A stretch of 64,000 nucleotides of DNA from Mobula hypostoma (GCF_963921235.1 NC_086125.1:7130001-7194000); one strand, 5' to 3'; counted from the stretch's first letter, positions 49,222-62,700 are shown. Notes: generated by a model from the letters alone, not told the origin. A program made the numbers and translations.

Positions 49222-51854
49222 TACAAGATCTTCTCTCAGTTTGAAACTGTGATAACTGGGTAGTTGTGTGCTGTTAAGCTTCACATTTTAAAAGATACAA
49301 GAAATGCTCTTCAGTTCCTTTATATTCTAAATGTTCTACACGAGAAGCTGAAAATATACAACTGGTCCAAGTGTCTCTGAAAAAAGAGTTTACTGCTGAG
49401 AGACTTCTTTATTAGAAGAACCATTTCTGATGGAAAAGCTGTTGAACTGAACCAATACCTATTTCTTTCCTCACAGAAGCTGCATGACTTGCGGTGAACT
49501 GGCAGCACACTTGGGCATAGTGGCTTCTATGGAGTCAGCCAAAGGACTTATTGTCTTTCTTTAAAAATATATTTTGCGATCGCAAGACCCTGCTGGATAT
49601 TAAGAACTACCCCATCAGTGAGTTGCTCATTGCCAGAGAAACTGTAGGAACTGGACTGGATGCAGACCGTGACGTTGCCTGTGACAGAAAGGTGTGCAAT
49701 CTTACAGCGAGTGATCATCTTAGTCGTTTTTCTTTTGATAGCAAGAAAGACCTGATGCTGCAAGTTCAACCATGGTTTTTTTTTTGGCGAATGGTGGGGG
49801 AACTCAGTCGTAGCAAGAACTCAGCCTCAAGCTGCAGTGTTGCCTGTTTGCCGCTGCCCAGGGGAGGGCGTGGAGTTGGGTGCTGCACTGGAGTGCTGGA
49901 GGTGGTGTGGTGTGATATCCATGCTGGAGATGGTGCCCCCCCACCCCCTCCCCCCCCCCATTTGCTTGGTAAAACACGAGCTATATGGTCTTTGACTGCA
50001 GACTGTTCAGACCCTTGGATTTTTGTGCGTCTGTATTTACTGCTGTCTTATATGTGCCTTGTGCAGTGTATGATTGCTGGTACTGTTTTGGACCATGGCC
50101 CCGGAGTAACACCATTTTGTTTAGCTGTATCCATGTATGATTGAATGACAATTAAACTTGAACTTGACTGGTTAAACATCTCCAAACTTTCTGTTTTGTT
50201 TTCACATTTCCAGCGTTCAGAAAATTTTGCATTTTAACCAGTACATTGTTGACTACTGAGTAACTTCTATGTCCTTAACTTTTGTCATATAACTCCATGG
50301 GCTGATTATACTTACTAAAAACAAATGGCTTGTCACTATTGTGTTTAAAATCTTTGGAATTTATTCATAGGCATTTTTGTCCCAAACATCTTGTGGAACT
50401 TGTTATTTGACTGATGGCGTCAGAAGGCACACTTTGTTTTCTAAAGTAGGTTGTTGAATTTGAGTGCCTACCGGCGTGTATTGCGATTGTAATTGCACAA
50501 TGCTTTTGGATAATGAAATCTGAATATTATTCAACCATTTAAATTTAGTGACATATCGGGATGGTGCATTATATGGCATAGATGATGATCCCGTCATATT
50601 GCAGTTCTTAAGAACATGAGATAGTAGCAGGAGTGTGTATGTGACCCCTCGAGCCTGCTTCACAATTGCTGATCTGACCTTGGTTTCATCTACTTTACTG
50701 ACTTTCCCACCACTCTTCACTCTCCTGTAGTTCAAAAATATTTCTTTCTGAGTGAATATATTCAACGACTTGCCCTCCACTTTTTCTAAGCTAAAGAATT
50801 ATAAAGGTTAATCCTAATAAATCCAGTGCTAGAGACCATAAATGACAGTAACATATTCACATGAAACATAGTCATTGAAGCTTGGTGAGAGATCATGCCC
50901 TCAAATGGTGTGATTTTTATCTTAGGTGCTGAAGAGACACTGAAGCTGATGTAAAATCCATGTTTATTATAACAAGCAGACATTCTTTAGAGGACCCTTT
51001 AGGTAGAGTCTCCAAAACTCAAAGGATATCGCATTTTTTATACCTTTAAGATCAAAGGAAACAGCAGTTCATTCAATACAATTTCTACAGTTAGAATTGT
51101 TTACTTCAATATTTTGAGTCTGACAGTGCTACCATTCATTTGAATAACTACAATGGGGGGGGCACCTTTGAAGGTTCAAACACCTTTGCTGCGACAAACT
51201 AATTCACAAGGGCGTCCTAAAAGCTCTGAGGCAGAGATCCCAGGTACACAAAGTTAATGCTGTAAGGACTGGCTCAAGTACACAAATATCCCTATCGATT
51301 GAGCAAACATGCCTCTGAGTGTATTTGATGCGCTAAGTGATATCAGTCTGGTCTATAAGTTTCATCAGACTTGGCCACAACGGTGAAAAGTAACTTGTCC
51401 TGTGTTGCCTGGTTTGATGTAGCCAATTAACATAACCTCAGTCTTGCATTTGGCTGATGCATACTAGAATATGTCATGGTCACTTTACAAACCATATCAA
51501 AGTAGGCAGCAGCCTGTTCTCTGTAGAGGGTACTATTTATTTACAACACTGTCCTTTTAACTTCAAACTCATTACTGCTTTCGATTTACAATAAGAACTG
51601 AAAATTGGCTCTCATTTAATTAATGTCTGCTATACTCACATAATTTCATAACTCTTGAATCCTTAACAGATGAAACTCCAACAAGCTCTTAACTAGAGTT
51701 GAAAAGCATAGATGCATTGAAAAGGAAGAAATAGTGGGGTTACACACAAAAAGCTGGAGGAAATCAGTGGGTCAGGCAGCATCTATTGAAAGGAATAAAT
51801 AGTCGAAGTTTTGGGCCGAGATCCTTCATCAGGACAAGGTGGAGAGATCAGTGT

Positions 51855-52198
51855 AAATCTGACCTTTCCGAATCTTTTTTCTAAACTTAAATTATATGAT
51901 GAGAGGTGTGGAGTTAATGACATTATTGAACGTGTCTGATACAAGCTGTTGGTCTAGCCCTGTTTTGCTTTTTTTTGGGTTTTTTTTTTCTCTTTTTCTT
52001 TTGGGGTTTTTTTGGTTTATATATTTTTTTTCTTTTTATTTCTTTTTTTAATGATTAATCTCATGAGTTTGGAAGTCTTTTATATCTATGTTACTTAAAA
52101 TTCATTTTATATATACTGATGAACATTATTCCAATCTCTTTGTACTAACTTCGTTATTGAGTTTATAATTTTGAAAAATTAATAAAAAGATTTAGAAA
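51855..52198 (+). mobile_element. 5'-truncated L1/Tx1-like retro-insertion with 14-bp TSD
   Basis: GGAGAGATCAGTGT at 51841-51854 and 52199-52212; T-rich 3' UTR, AATAAA and A-rich tail. Confidence 0.8.
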
Positions 52199-52825
52199 GG
52201 AGAGATCAGTGTGGAACATAAACGTAAGCTTTTGAGATGAATTTCTGCATTCATTGTTGCACCCCCTGCACTAACCAGCTATATTGTTCTGTGGGTGATT
52301 TGCTCAAAGGATAGGCAAACAAAGATGGTCTAAAATCTCGAGGCAGAGATCCCAAACACCCAGCATTGGTTGAGTTCTGAGAGGGAGTCACTTGACTAAG
52401 ATTTCTGTGCCTTTTATTACCTCCATCACCTGCCTTCTTTGTAATTAATTGAAAACTGTTCATTTTTCAGCTCTAAAGATTAATCCAATCCATTCTCCCC
52501 AGTTTTTATTGCCCCGCTGTGTTTAGAGTATTTTCAGTTTTTGTTTCTGACTCTTGCACTTTTGAAGGTAGTTTTCTTTCAGCAGACACAAATACTCTGT
52601 TAATGATGGTAGGAAGCTGAGCACTGGATGTGGTAGTAATGTTCAGTTATGAGTGTATGACTGTGTATTGCTGATGTATGCAGAGATAGCTTATCAGCAC
52701 GTGAAAGAGAAACACTTCGCAATTGTTAGAACAAAATTTGAAAGGGGAGGGAAAGTGGTCAGAGTGAAACTTTTGAGCACAAGGGTATACAAGCCTTTAG
52801 CCTACTGTGTGTTTCTCTGAGTTAT

Positions 52826-53371
52826 TCTCTCAGTGGCCACCTCTTTGGGTACCCTGGAACACCTGGTCATTAATGTCAATATCTAATCAGCCAATCATGT
52901 GGTTGCAACTCAGTGCACAAAGGCATGCAGATATGGTTAAAGGTTCACTTGTTCAGACTAAACATCAAAATGGGGAAGAATTTAAACTAAGTGATTTGAC
53001 TGTGGAATCATTGTTGCCAGACAGGGTGGTAGGATTATCTCAGAAACCACTGATCTCCTGGAATTTTTGCATAAAACAGTTTCTAGAACTTACAGAGAAT
53101 GGTGTGAAAAACGGGGGGAAAAAAACATCCAGTGAGCAGCAGTTCTGTGGGCAAAAGCACCTTGTTAATGAGAGAGGTCAGAGGAGAATGGCCAGACTGG
53201 TTCAAGCTGACAGGACGGTGAGAGTAACTCAAATAGACACGCATTATAACAGTGGTGTGCAGAAGAGCATGTTGGAATGCACAACATGTTGAACCTTGAA
53301 GTAAATGGGTTATAACAGCAAAAGATTCCACTCAGATTCCACTCCTGTACCAAATAATTGCCTGCTGAGTG
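52826..53371 (+). mobile_element. Non-autonomous Tc1-family element
   Basis: CTCAGTGGCCAC terminus; ERGQRRMARLVQADR HTH remnant. Confidence 0.8.
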
Positions 53372-53533
53372 TAGATCTGTCACTTAGAATGTTTTAATTG
53401 CTATGCTTTTGCTAATTGTGTATATTCGTTCCCTTTTCTAGGATTTCCTTGCTTTAATTCAAATGGCCAGGAGGCAAAAGGATCAATGCCCTGCTCACCA
53501 ATGCTGTGTCTTCTGACAATAACTACATGACCA

Positions 53534-53750
53534 ATGAATTCTGTCTCGCCTTCCTCCGTTCAGTACATCCAGAGCCAGGAAGACTTGACTCCCACAGATA
53601 CAAAGAGCCGACTGCACCCAGGCACCAGTGAGCAAGAGAACAGCTGGAATGGCCATTATGATTTGCCAGAGAAATCCCAACAGACTGAATCAGTTGATGT
53701 GGACAAGATTAAAGTTAAGCTGATGACAGCCTGGAACAATGTCAAATACG
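53534..53750 (+). CDS. ATG4D: ATG4D first coding exon (exon starts at 53442)
   Basis: ttctag|G acceptor; TACG|gtgagg donor. Confidence 0.93.
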
Positions 53751-56700
53751 GTGAGGGTACTATCAGCAGATGGAATTCCTCCCAGACCTTCAGTGCAGTG
53801 TTTGTTACGCTATTTCCCATTCTGTCTTGTCCTGTCAGGAAACTGGCATGGAAAGCCTGACAGTGAATTCAGTGTGTGCACAATAGTGAGATTTAATGCG
53901 TTTTCAACCTTGGCACTTAATGATAGCATATTAACCAGATCTGAAAGTCAGAGAGTTTCCAAAACAATTCTGCTGTGTTTTTGCTAATGATTCAGTTATA
54001 TTGTGTAATCACTTTTAATATTATTACCTTTTTATTGCTGTTGTATATTTACTGAGCTCCAATACCTTTTTTAGGTGGTTGTCATGATTCCCAGTTTAAC
54101 AGCAGATACAAGATATTTAGTCAACATTATATTGATACCAACTGATCATTCCTGCCCTAATGGTCTCTGATAGCTTGTATTTACACTCAGTGGCCACTTT
54201 ACTAGGTCCAGGAGTGCAAACCTGTGCAGTCTTTTGCTGCTGTAGCCCATCCACTTCAAGGGTGGACATGTTATGTATTCAAGGATGCTCTTCTGCACAC
54301 CACGATTGTAACACGTGGTTATTTGAGTTACTGTTGCCTTCATATCAGCTTGAACTAGTCTGGCTATTCTCCTCTGAACCTTTCTTATTAACAAGGTGCT
54401 TTTGCCAAACAGAACTGCCGCTCACTGCATTTTTGTTTTGTATTTTTGCACCATTCTCTATAAACGCTAGTGAATGTTGAACATGAAAATCCCAGGAGAT
54501 CAGCGGTTCCTGAGATACTTAAACCACCCAGTTTGTCACCAACGATCATTCCATGGTCATAGCCACACTGCTTCCCCATTCTCATGTTTGGTCTGAACAA
54601 CAACTAAATCTTTTGACCATGTCAGCATGCTAGATATTTGCATCAGTGAACAGCTGTACCTAATAAAGTGGCCACTCAGTATATGTGTGTACAACAGAAC
54701 ATCCCAAAGTGCCTCGTAGAAGCACTTTGACATGTAAGTAATAGGAAAATTAGTATAAGGCTTAGTTATCGGTTGGTAAAAATGAGGTTTGGGTGGGGAA
54801 TGCTTAAAGTGCAACAGCTGAAGAAGTTACTGCCAGTGGCAAAGCAATTGCTTTGAAGGCTGAGCAGTGTGTCGCGATTTAAGGAGCATGAATATCACAG
54901 AGAACTATTAGTCTGGGTCCAGTTGAAAGGAAGGCGTGCACTATGAAGGGGATTTGAAAATGGCTGAGAATTTAAAAATTGTTGTTTATCTGGTAGCTTA
55001 GTAAGAATAGGGATGGATGAAGAGTATTTGATGAAAGTTCGATGGTGCACTGCAGGGACTTCAAGTTTGAGGAGTGACAGAAGGGAGAAGGCTGTTGGAG
55101 TGGTCATGTCAAGGTGACAAAGGTGCGAATGAGGGTCTCGGCAGCTGTTGAGGTGAGACAGGGACTAGTTCAGACAATGTAGTGAGATGGGTATCTCGTA
55201 GTGGTACTGGCCATACAGTCAAGTTCAATTCAGTCATTTTTGATATCAAGGTTGCAAACAGTCTGATTCAATCTTGGATCGGACTGGTGGAGCCAGTGAC
55301 TAAAAAATAGATTTTGTGATGGAGACAGAAAGACTTAGTTTTACTAATTATTTATTTATTTGGTGGAAGATGTTGCTCATCAGATGTTAGAAACAATCAG
55401 ACAATGTGGAGATTCTGGGAGAGGAAATGATAATTACTTAGAGCTGAGTATTGCCAGTATGCTTGTGGAAACTGATGTCAGCTGTGTAATGGAACATGAA
55501 TCAGAAATGGGGACTATGAATAGATTAAGGAAATACTTGCTGGGGTGGTATGGTAGCGTAGTGGTTAGCACAATGCTCTACAGTACCAGCGACTCAGGTT
55601 CACTTCCCACAGCTGTCTGTAAGGAGTTTGTACCTTCTCCCCATGACTGCCAGGGTTGTCCCTGGGCGCTCCAGTTTCCTTCTGTAGTCCAGAGAATTAC
55701 CGGTTGGTAGGTTAATTGGTCATTGTTCATTGTCCCGTGTTTAGGCTAGGATTAAATCGGGGGACTGCTAAATGGTGTGGCTCAAAGGGCCGGCAGGGCC
55801 TACTCTGTGCAGCATCTCAATAAATAAACGGGTAAGCAAAAATGGCTGGCAAGCTCTATTGACGGATCTGTAAGGCTTGATATACTGGGAATTCTTTTAT
55901 AGCAGGACTTTGCTTCAGTTTTTGGTGTTTACAGTTAAATCTTTTTTCTGTGTATACTGTGATTGTGGTCAGGAAACTGGCATGGAAAGCCTGACAGTGA
56001 ATTCAGTGCATACACATTAGTGAGATTTAATGCGCTTTCAACCTTGGCACTTAATGGTAGCATATTAACCAGATCTGAGGGTCAGAGAGTTTCCAAAGCA
56101 ATTCTGCTGTGTTTTTGCTGATGATTCAGTTGTATTGTGTAATCACTGTTAATATTTTTCCCTTTTTTTCCTGCATGATGCCAGCACATGATATATAAAA
56201 ATTATCTTTTAAGAACCAGCTGTACTAACTGATGTCTCTGTAGGTTGGGTAGTGAAAGGGAGAACAAATTTCAGCAAAACTTCCCCAATTTTTCTGCTGG
56301 GCCGGTGCTACCAGTTTGAGTCGAAAGGTAATTTGTGCATTTATGTGTCTGGAACACTTTGTGATGTTTTAACCATCGATGGCTGTTAGAACTACTCATA
56401 ACAAAACTGTCCTGTTTCCTTCCCATCAGCTGATCCAGCAGACACCGGTTGTGAGGCACGAGACAACCAGAATGCTGCTTCTGCAGTGGTGGACTTGTTC
56501 CGGAAGGACTTTGGCTCTCGGATCTGGTTGACGTACCGCCGTGAATTCCCGCAGCTGGAGGGTTCTATCTGGACCACGGATTGTGGCTGGGGTTGCATGC
56601 TGCGCAGCGGGCAGATGCTCCTCGCTCAGGGACTCCTTGTTCATCTTCTGTCTCGAAGTAAGTTTGTTGTCTTTATCTTCTGATGACTATTGAGGAGTGA

Positions 56701-59700
56701 CGATCAGTCACCATTTCCCTACCTTTATTGTTCAGCGTCTGAGAAATGAAAGCCTGCCTATCTACTGCTTTACTGATGAACATCATTCCTTCTACATACA
56801 TTTCCTTTCCTATAAGTATCAATCTGCAGTTAGACAATACAATAGACAATAGGTGCAGGAGTAGGCCATTCGGCCCCTCAAGCCAGCACCGCCATTCACT
56901 GTGATCATGGCTGATCATCCACTATCAGTATCCAGTTCCTGCCTTATCCCCATAACCTTTGATTCCACTATCTTTAAGAGCTCTATCCATCTCTTTCTTG
57001 AAAGCATCCAGAGACTTGGCCTCCACAGCCTTCTGGGGCAGAGCATTCCACATATCCACCACTCTCTGGGTGAAAAAGTTTTTCCTCAACTCCGTTCTAA
57101 ATGGCCTACCCCTAATTCTTAAACTGTGGCCTCTGGTTCTGGACTCACCCATCAGCGGGAACATGTTTCCTGCCTCCAGCGTGTCCAATCCCTTAATAAT
57201 CTTATATGTTTCAATAAGATCCCCTCTCAGCCTTCTAAATTCCAGAGTATACAAACCCAATAAGTATTCCTGTCTGATGTATTCTTTTGCACGTTCCAAG
57301 GTACAAAGTCAAACTCTAGCCCTAGTTGCTTGCCCAGTTGTGATCACCAACTAACAATACAGACCAAACGTTAGAAATAAATCTGACAGGTAATGCACTT
57401 GCCCACATTATAGCGTGTGCTTTCACCTCAGTTCTGTCAGCATATCGCAAGATATGAAAGCCAAATAGTGAAGAGTTTGGGAGATCCTGAAGGAATGAAC
57501 CAAATTAATGATTTGAAATCAATTTGTAAGTAAGCTTCAACTTAACTTTCTACATATGAGGTGAGCTTCAGAATTGAATGCATTTGAATACAGTGGATTC
57601 TGGTTAATTGGAACACTTCAGAAGCAGTGCAATTTGGCCCAATTAAACGGCTGCCCCAATTAGCTGAAGTTTCATGGAAATAGTTAAAAGTATAAAAAAG
57701 GCAAACTACCATTTAACTGAGTAACAAATGATGTATTTAAATGAAATACTGAACAAATTAGAACACTGTCAGTGCTACTAAAGTACTATAAAACTGTTTT
57801 GTAGTACCTAATAGCTATCAATGGAGGAATTTATCAGGTGTATGAGATGTCTAGGGAGGGTAGTATCTCTGGTATGTCCGTTCTGGGCCGTTTACTCACC
57901 TTTGGTCCCCACCAGACACTCAACTCTCACTCATCTGTGGCTCCAAGTAGCTGTTTGCATGCAACAGTGGCCACAGCACAGAATACCAATCTGTCAGGCG
58001 GGCTAATAATAATAAATACTTTACTGGCCCCGAGTGCAAAATTCTTTTGTTACAGCAGCAACATTTAAAAACACACTTAGCAGTGTGCAGACTTAGCTAA
58101 TAATGAAGTACAGAATAATAATATACACAATAATTTACCAGTGTGCAATAATGTACAAAATAATAATGCAGACTATTGTACTGTGATGTGTGTTCTCCTG
58201 TTGTACAGAGATAAACTTGTGATGTGTATTACATGTGGTAGGAAAGATTTTCTACTAGGCGAGAATAGATGGTGGACCTCATATCCAGGGAAAATGGGGA
58301 CATGCCTGTCCTAGCATGAAAAGTCAACTCCAGTGGACTAAGTGGATGAGATCAACAGTGAGATCCAACAGCCAAGAAGGCGGTGGAGGGTGAAGGGGCA
58401 GAAGTCCTGGTTATCCACTGCAACCACGGAAGACCCCAGCCTGTGACGACTACTCATACTATTGGGTCTGGACTTCTGAGGTTGAGAGAATGGAACTGAA
58501 CCAGTGCAACGGCTTTTCCACTCTAAATACTTTCTCACCACAGTTTTCACTGTCATCATCAGATAAGACAGTTATCTAAAATGCTTCTGTGTTCTTTTGA
58601 TTGACTGTAGCTGAACAAAATCAGCACAAATAATGGACTTCCATCATACAATGCTTTTGATAATTGCATCTTCTAAATCAGGGGTTCCCAATCTTTTTTA
58701 TGCCATGAACCCCTGCTCTAAAATCTTCACTTTTTTTTTTAAACATTCAAAATGATTGTCATTATCTTCAAATTCATCATAGTGTCTAGCTTGTTGAAGT
58801 AATGAAATCATTTCACTTTCATTGCTGGCCATTTCTGAGCCTGAATGCCTCCAAGCCTGAATGCTTGAAACCGCAGTGAGCAAAGCAATTCTAAATCTTT
58901 ACTTTTCACCAACTATCAGTGACAGACATCACTACTTTTTGAACACAAACACACACAACTGACGGTATTTAAAATTGTTTGCTCTAAGCACTGTGTAGTG
59001 TCTAACGGCCACACAAGTTCACACGACTGACGCTAGTTAGAAATGGTTCAGCAAGACTCCTGTTCCAATTATGTGGCAGTGTCCCAAATAAATGAAGGGA
59101 ATCTCGGCTATTTTCTCAATTAGTGTTTGTTCTTTAAGGGTTGTCCCATATAACTGGCTGTCTGATTAACCGATGACCCAATTAACCAGAATGCATTGTA
59201 TTTGTCTCCTTAATTCATAGAATTTTGCCGTAGAAGATGCCCGTCTAAATCTTTATTTGCTGTTGAAGTTAGCAATAAAAAATTCTACAAATCCTAGTCC
59301 AAAAGGTAATGTTGCTCCTGGTCAGTACCAAACCATTCTTGGTGAAAACAACACCATCCTTGGTTGGTGACTCTCCTTCCCACTGTGTAATTGCTTGTGT
59401 CTTTTTCTTTCTCATGCCAAGTTACCACTTTGGGTAATAAAAGAGGGTGGGCTGTTGCCATGACTTTTTTTTTCCTGTGTTCTTTCTGTCCTCTCTGCAC
59501 AGCTCCAGCAAAACTCAATTAAACCTTTCGATGAGGGACATTATGGTCTACCATACTGAACAATGAGTTCACCAATTTTAGAAGCCAGTTATTGTTCCCA
59601 TTTGAAACTCCTCAAAGCCCTTTATTATTTTCTTTCTTTACAGGTTTTATTTTTGCTTTCTTTCATGTTTGCTGATTGTTCTTTCAATATTTATTTTTCC

Positions 59701-62700
59701 TGCATTCTCCCAAACCTACCACTTTCCCCTTTGTTTCCTCTCTTTGAATTGTTAACCAACCTATTTCTAATGATTTACCATTCGGGTGAAAAGGTTGGGC
59801 TCCATGGATGCTATTTGAACTGATAATTTCTATCATTTTCCACCTTTATGGCTTAAACACTTGCTACATGGGATGAAGTTAGTATTGATAGTGGTGGTTT
59901 TAAATGCCCTCCTTTCTTTTAGATTGGACATGGCCTGATGTGTTACTCTCTGTTGAGTCAGAAGCTGAACCCAGATCGCCATCTAAATCCAGCATTACCA
60001 ACTGGTCAAACTTTGATGTCTTCAGCTCACAGTTGGACAGGAGTAGAAGCCTCTGGCATGCCCGAGGTTCCACGGTCACCCAAGCACGTGCACGAACATT
60101 GAGACTGGACAACCCTAACTCTTCCAAAATGGACAAAGAAGAGGGGGAGCACCGCAAAATCATTTCCTGGTTTGGCGATCACCCCAAGGCCCCCTTTGGG
60201 GTACATCAGCTTGTAGAATATGGCAAGAGCTCTGGGAAGAAGGCAGGAGACTGGTATGGCCCATCAATTGTAGCACATATAATCAAGTAAGTAAAGCCTT
60301 TGCAACTGTAGCGAAGGGAGAGGTGTATTTATGTAGCACATTTCCAATGTTCAGGGTGTCCAAAGTAATGCTAAGGTAATATAGGAAAGATATAAGCGTC
60401 CTGGGGAGGTAGCAGAGGAGATTCACCAGGATGTTGCTTTAATTGGAGTATTTCAGCTATAAGGAGTAACTGCATGATCTGGATTTTTTTCCCCTTAGCA
60501 GAGGAGGCTGGGAGGTGACCTGATAGAAGTATGCAATGTTATAAGGGGATGGATGGGATAGATGGTAGTAATCTTTTTTTCATGGTGGGCTTCTCTTAAG
60601 CAAGAGAGGCTTAGTGTGAGGTGAAGGTATCTGAGGGGGAATTATTTCATACTGACTGGTTGGAATCTGAAATGATTTGACTGAGGAATTAGTGAAGGCA
60701 GGTACTGAAAACTTAAAGAAGCATCTTGATAAGTATCTGAGCCAGTGTAGGCTATGGATCAAGTGGATAGATAGACAAGTATGTTGGTTGGTGTGGACAT
60801 GGTGGGCTGAAGTGGTGATGGTGTTTCTGTGCTGTATGACTCTTACTTTATCTGACCTTATCGTTAATTCAGTTTCAGCATTTTGGGAATTTAGTCCTTA
60901 AGCCATCGCAGAATTAGGCCATTCAATCAACAAATTTATTATTCCCCTCTCAAACCCATTCTCATGTTTACTCCTCTTTGGCACCATTATAATAAAGAAC
61001 CTGTTAACCTCCACTTTAATTATACCTCTTGGCCTCTATATCTGTCCATGACAATAGACTCCATTGATTCAGTACCCTCTGGCTAAAGAAATTCTTCATC
61101 TCTGTTTTATATGGATATCCTGGTATTCTGAGGCTGTGCCCTTGGTCTTAAACTCTCCCACTTCCGGAAACCTCTCCTCCATGTCTGCTCTATCCAGGTC
61201 TTTCAATATTCGGTAGGATATTTGGCTTGTCCTTCTAAACTCAAGCAAGTACAGGCCCAGAGCCATTAAAAATGTGCCAAGCCTTTCATCCCCGGGATCA
61301 GTTACGTAAAGCTCCTCTGGACCCTCTCCAACACCAGCTTGGATATGGGGCCCAAAACTGCTCACATTGCTCCAAATGTGGTCTGACCAATGCCTTAAAA
61401 AGCCTCAGCATTACTTCCTTGTTTTTTTTTTAATTCTAGTCCTCTTAAAGTGAATGCTAAGATTGCAGTTACCTTCCTTCCTACTAACTCAACCTGCACT
61501 AGGACTCGCAAGTTCGTTCGGACCATAAACCTCTGAATCCTCTTCCCACTTAGAAAATAGTTTGAGCTTTATTGCGTCTATGGAAATACACTTCCTTATG
61601 CTGTATTCCTTCTTTGCCCATTCTCCCAGCGTATCTAAGTCATTCTACAAACTCACTGCTTCCTCAGTAGTACCCACCCTGCCACATGTCTTTGTTATAT
61701 TTGCAAACCTGGCGACAAAGCCGTAAATTCGTCATCTAGATCATTAACGTAAAATGTGAAAAGTAGTGGACATGGTGGACCCAACTCAGATCCATGGGTA
61801 TCACAGTAGCAGTTAACCAGTAAAGCCCGCCTTCATTCCCACTCTTTGCCTTCTGCCAGTTAGCCAATCAATCTTTCCAACCATCTAGTACCTTTCCTGT
61901 ATTATTATAAGTTCCTAACTTGTTTAGCAGCCTCATGTGCAGCACCTACATTGTCAAAGACATGAAAATCCAAGTAAACACTGCTCTGTCTATTCTTAGT
62001 CAGTGTTACATGTAAATGATGCGCAAGTTGTGGAAAAGAAACATGATGTGAATGTATTGACTTGGTGATTTGATGTTGGAGCAGGGGAAATGGAAGCTAA
62101 CTCGTCTACTTTCCTGCTTTTCTCCCCCATTACCATTCAATGGAAATTTTCCAGAAGAAGGCATTTTAGAAAATTAAAGTCTGTGTATCAGCTATTGCAC
62201 TGGCCGCTTTTAAGACCTCTTGAATGAAGTCCATCAGTACCTGAGGACCTGCAGACTTGACGTTCACTGATGAGCAACTTAATCAATGCCACTGCCTAAT
62301 GATAATTGTCACTTTTCTGATTCAATCCCTCCCTTTCAGTTCCAAATTTATAGCTGTTTGTGGGTTGTTAGTTATTTCCTCTATAATGAAAGCTGATGTT
62401 GATGTAAAATCCCCATTAATACATTTGTCATGTCCTTGTTTCCCATTGTAAGTTCCCCAGACTTGCTCTCTATAGGGCTAAGGCTCCTTCAGTTAAATAT
62501 CTAAAGAAACATATTATCTGTTTCTGTATTTTAATTTTTCCTTCCTGAGTAATCTTGGTCATTTGTTGTTTCTCTATACTCTGTCCAGTCTTCTGATCGG
62601 CTGTTTATCTTTCGCACAATCAATGTTTTTTTTCTTTAAGTTTAATGCAATCTTTAACTTTTAGTTAACCATGGATACTGAGGTCTCTTTTTTGGGACAA

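Noticed and set aside
49551-50144. 197-aa ORF
   Set aside because: Non-ATG start; appears to be a patchwork of repeat remnants with no recognisable protein.
53834-53945. snoRNA call for the duplicated intronic block
   Set aside because: Has a CTGA but no shared RUGAUGA C box and no clear ANANNA/ACA two-hairpin layout; kept only as an unexplained repeat.
55541-55612. tRNA gene
   Set aside because: A/B boxes belong to a SINE head that runs into a SINE body and tail; no full cloverleaf or T-run terminator.
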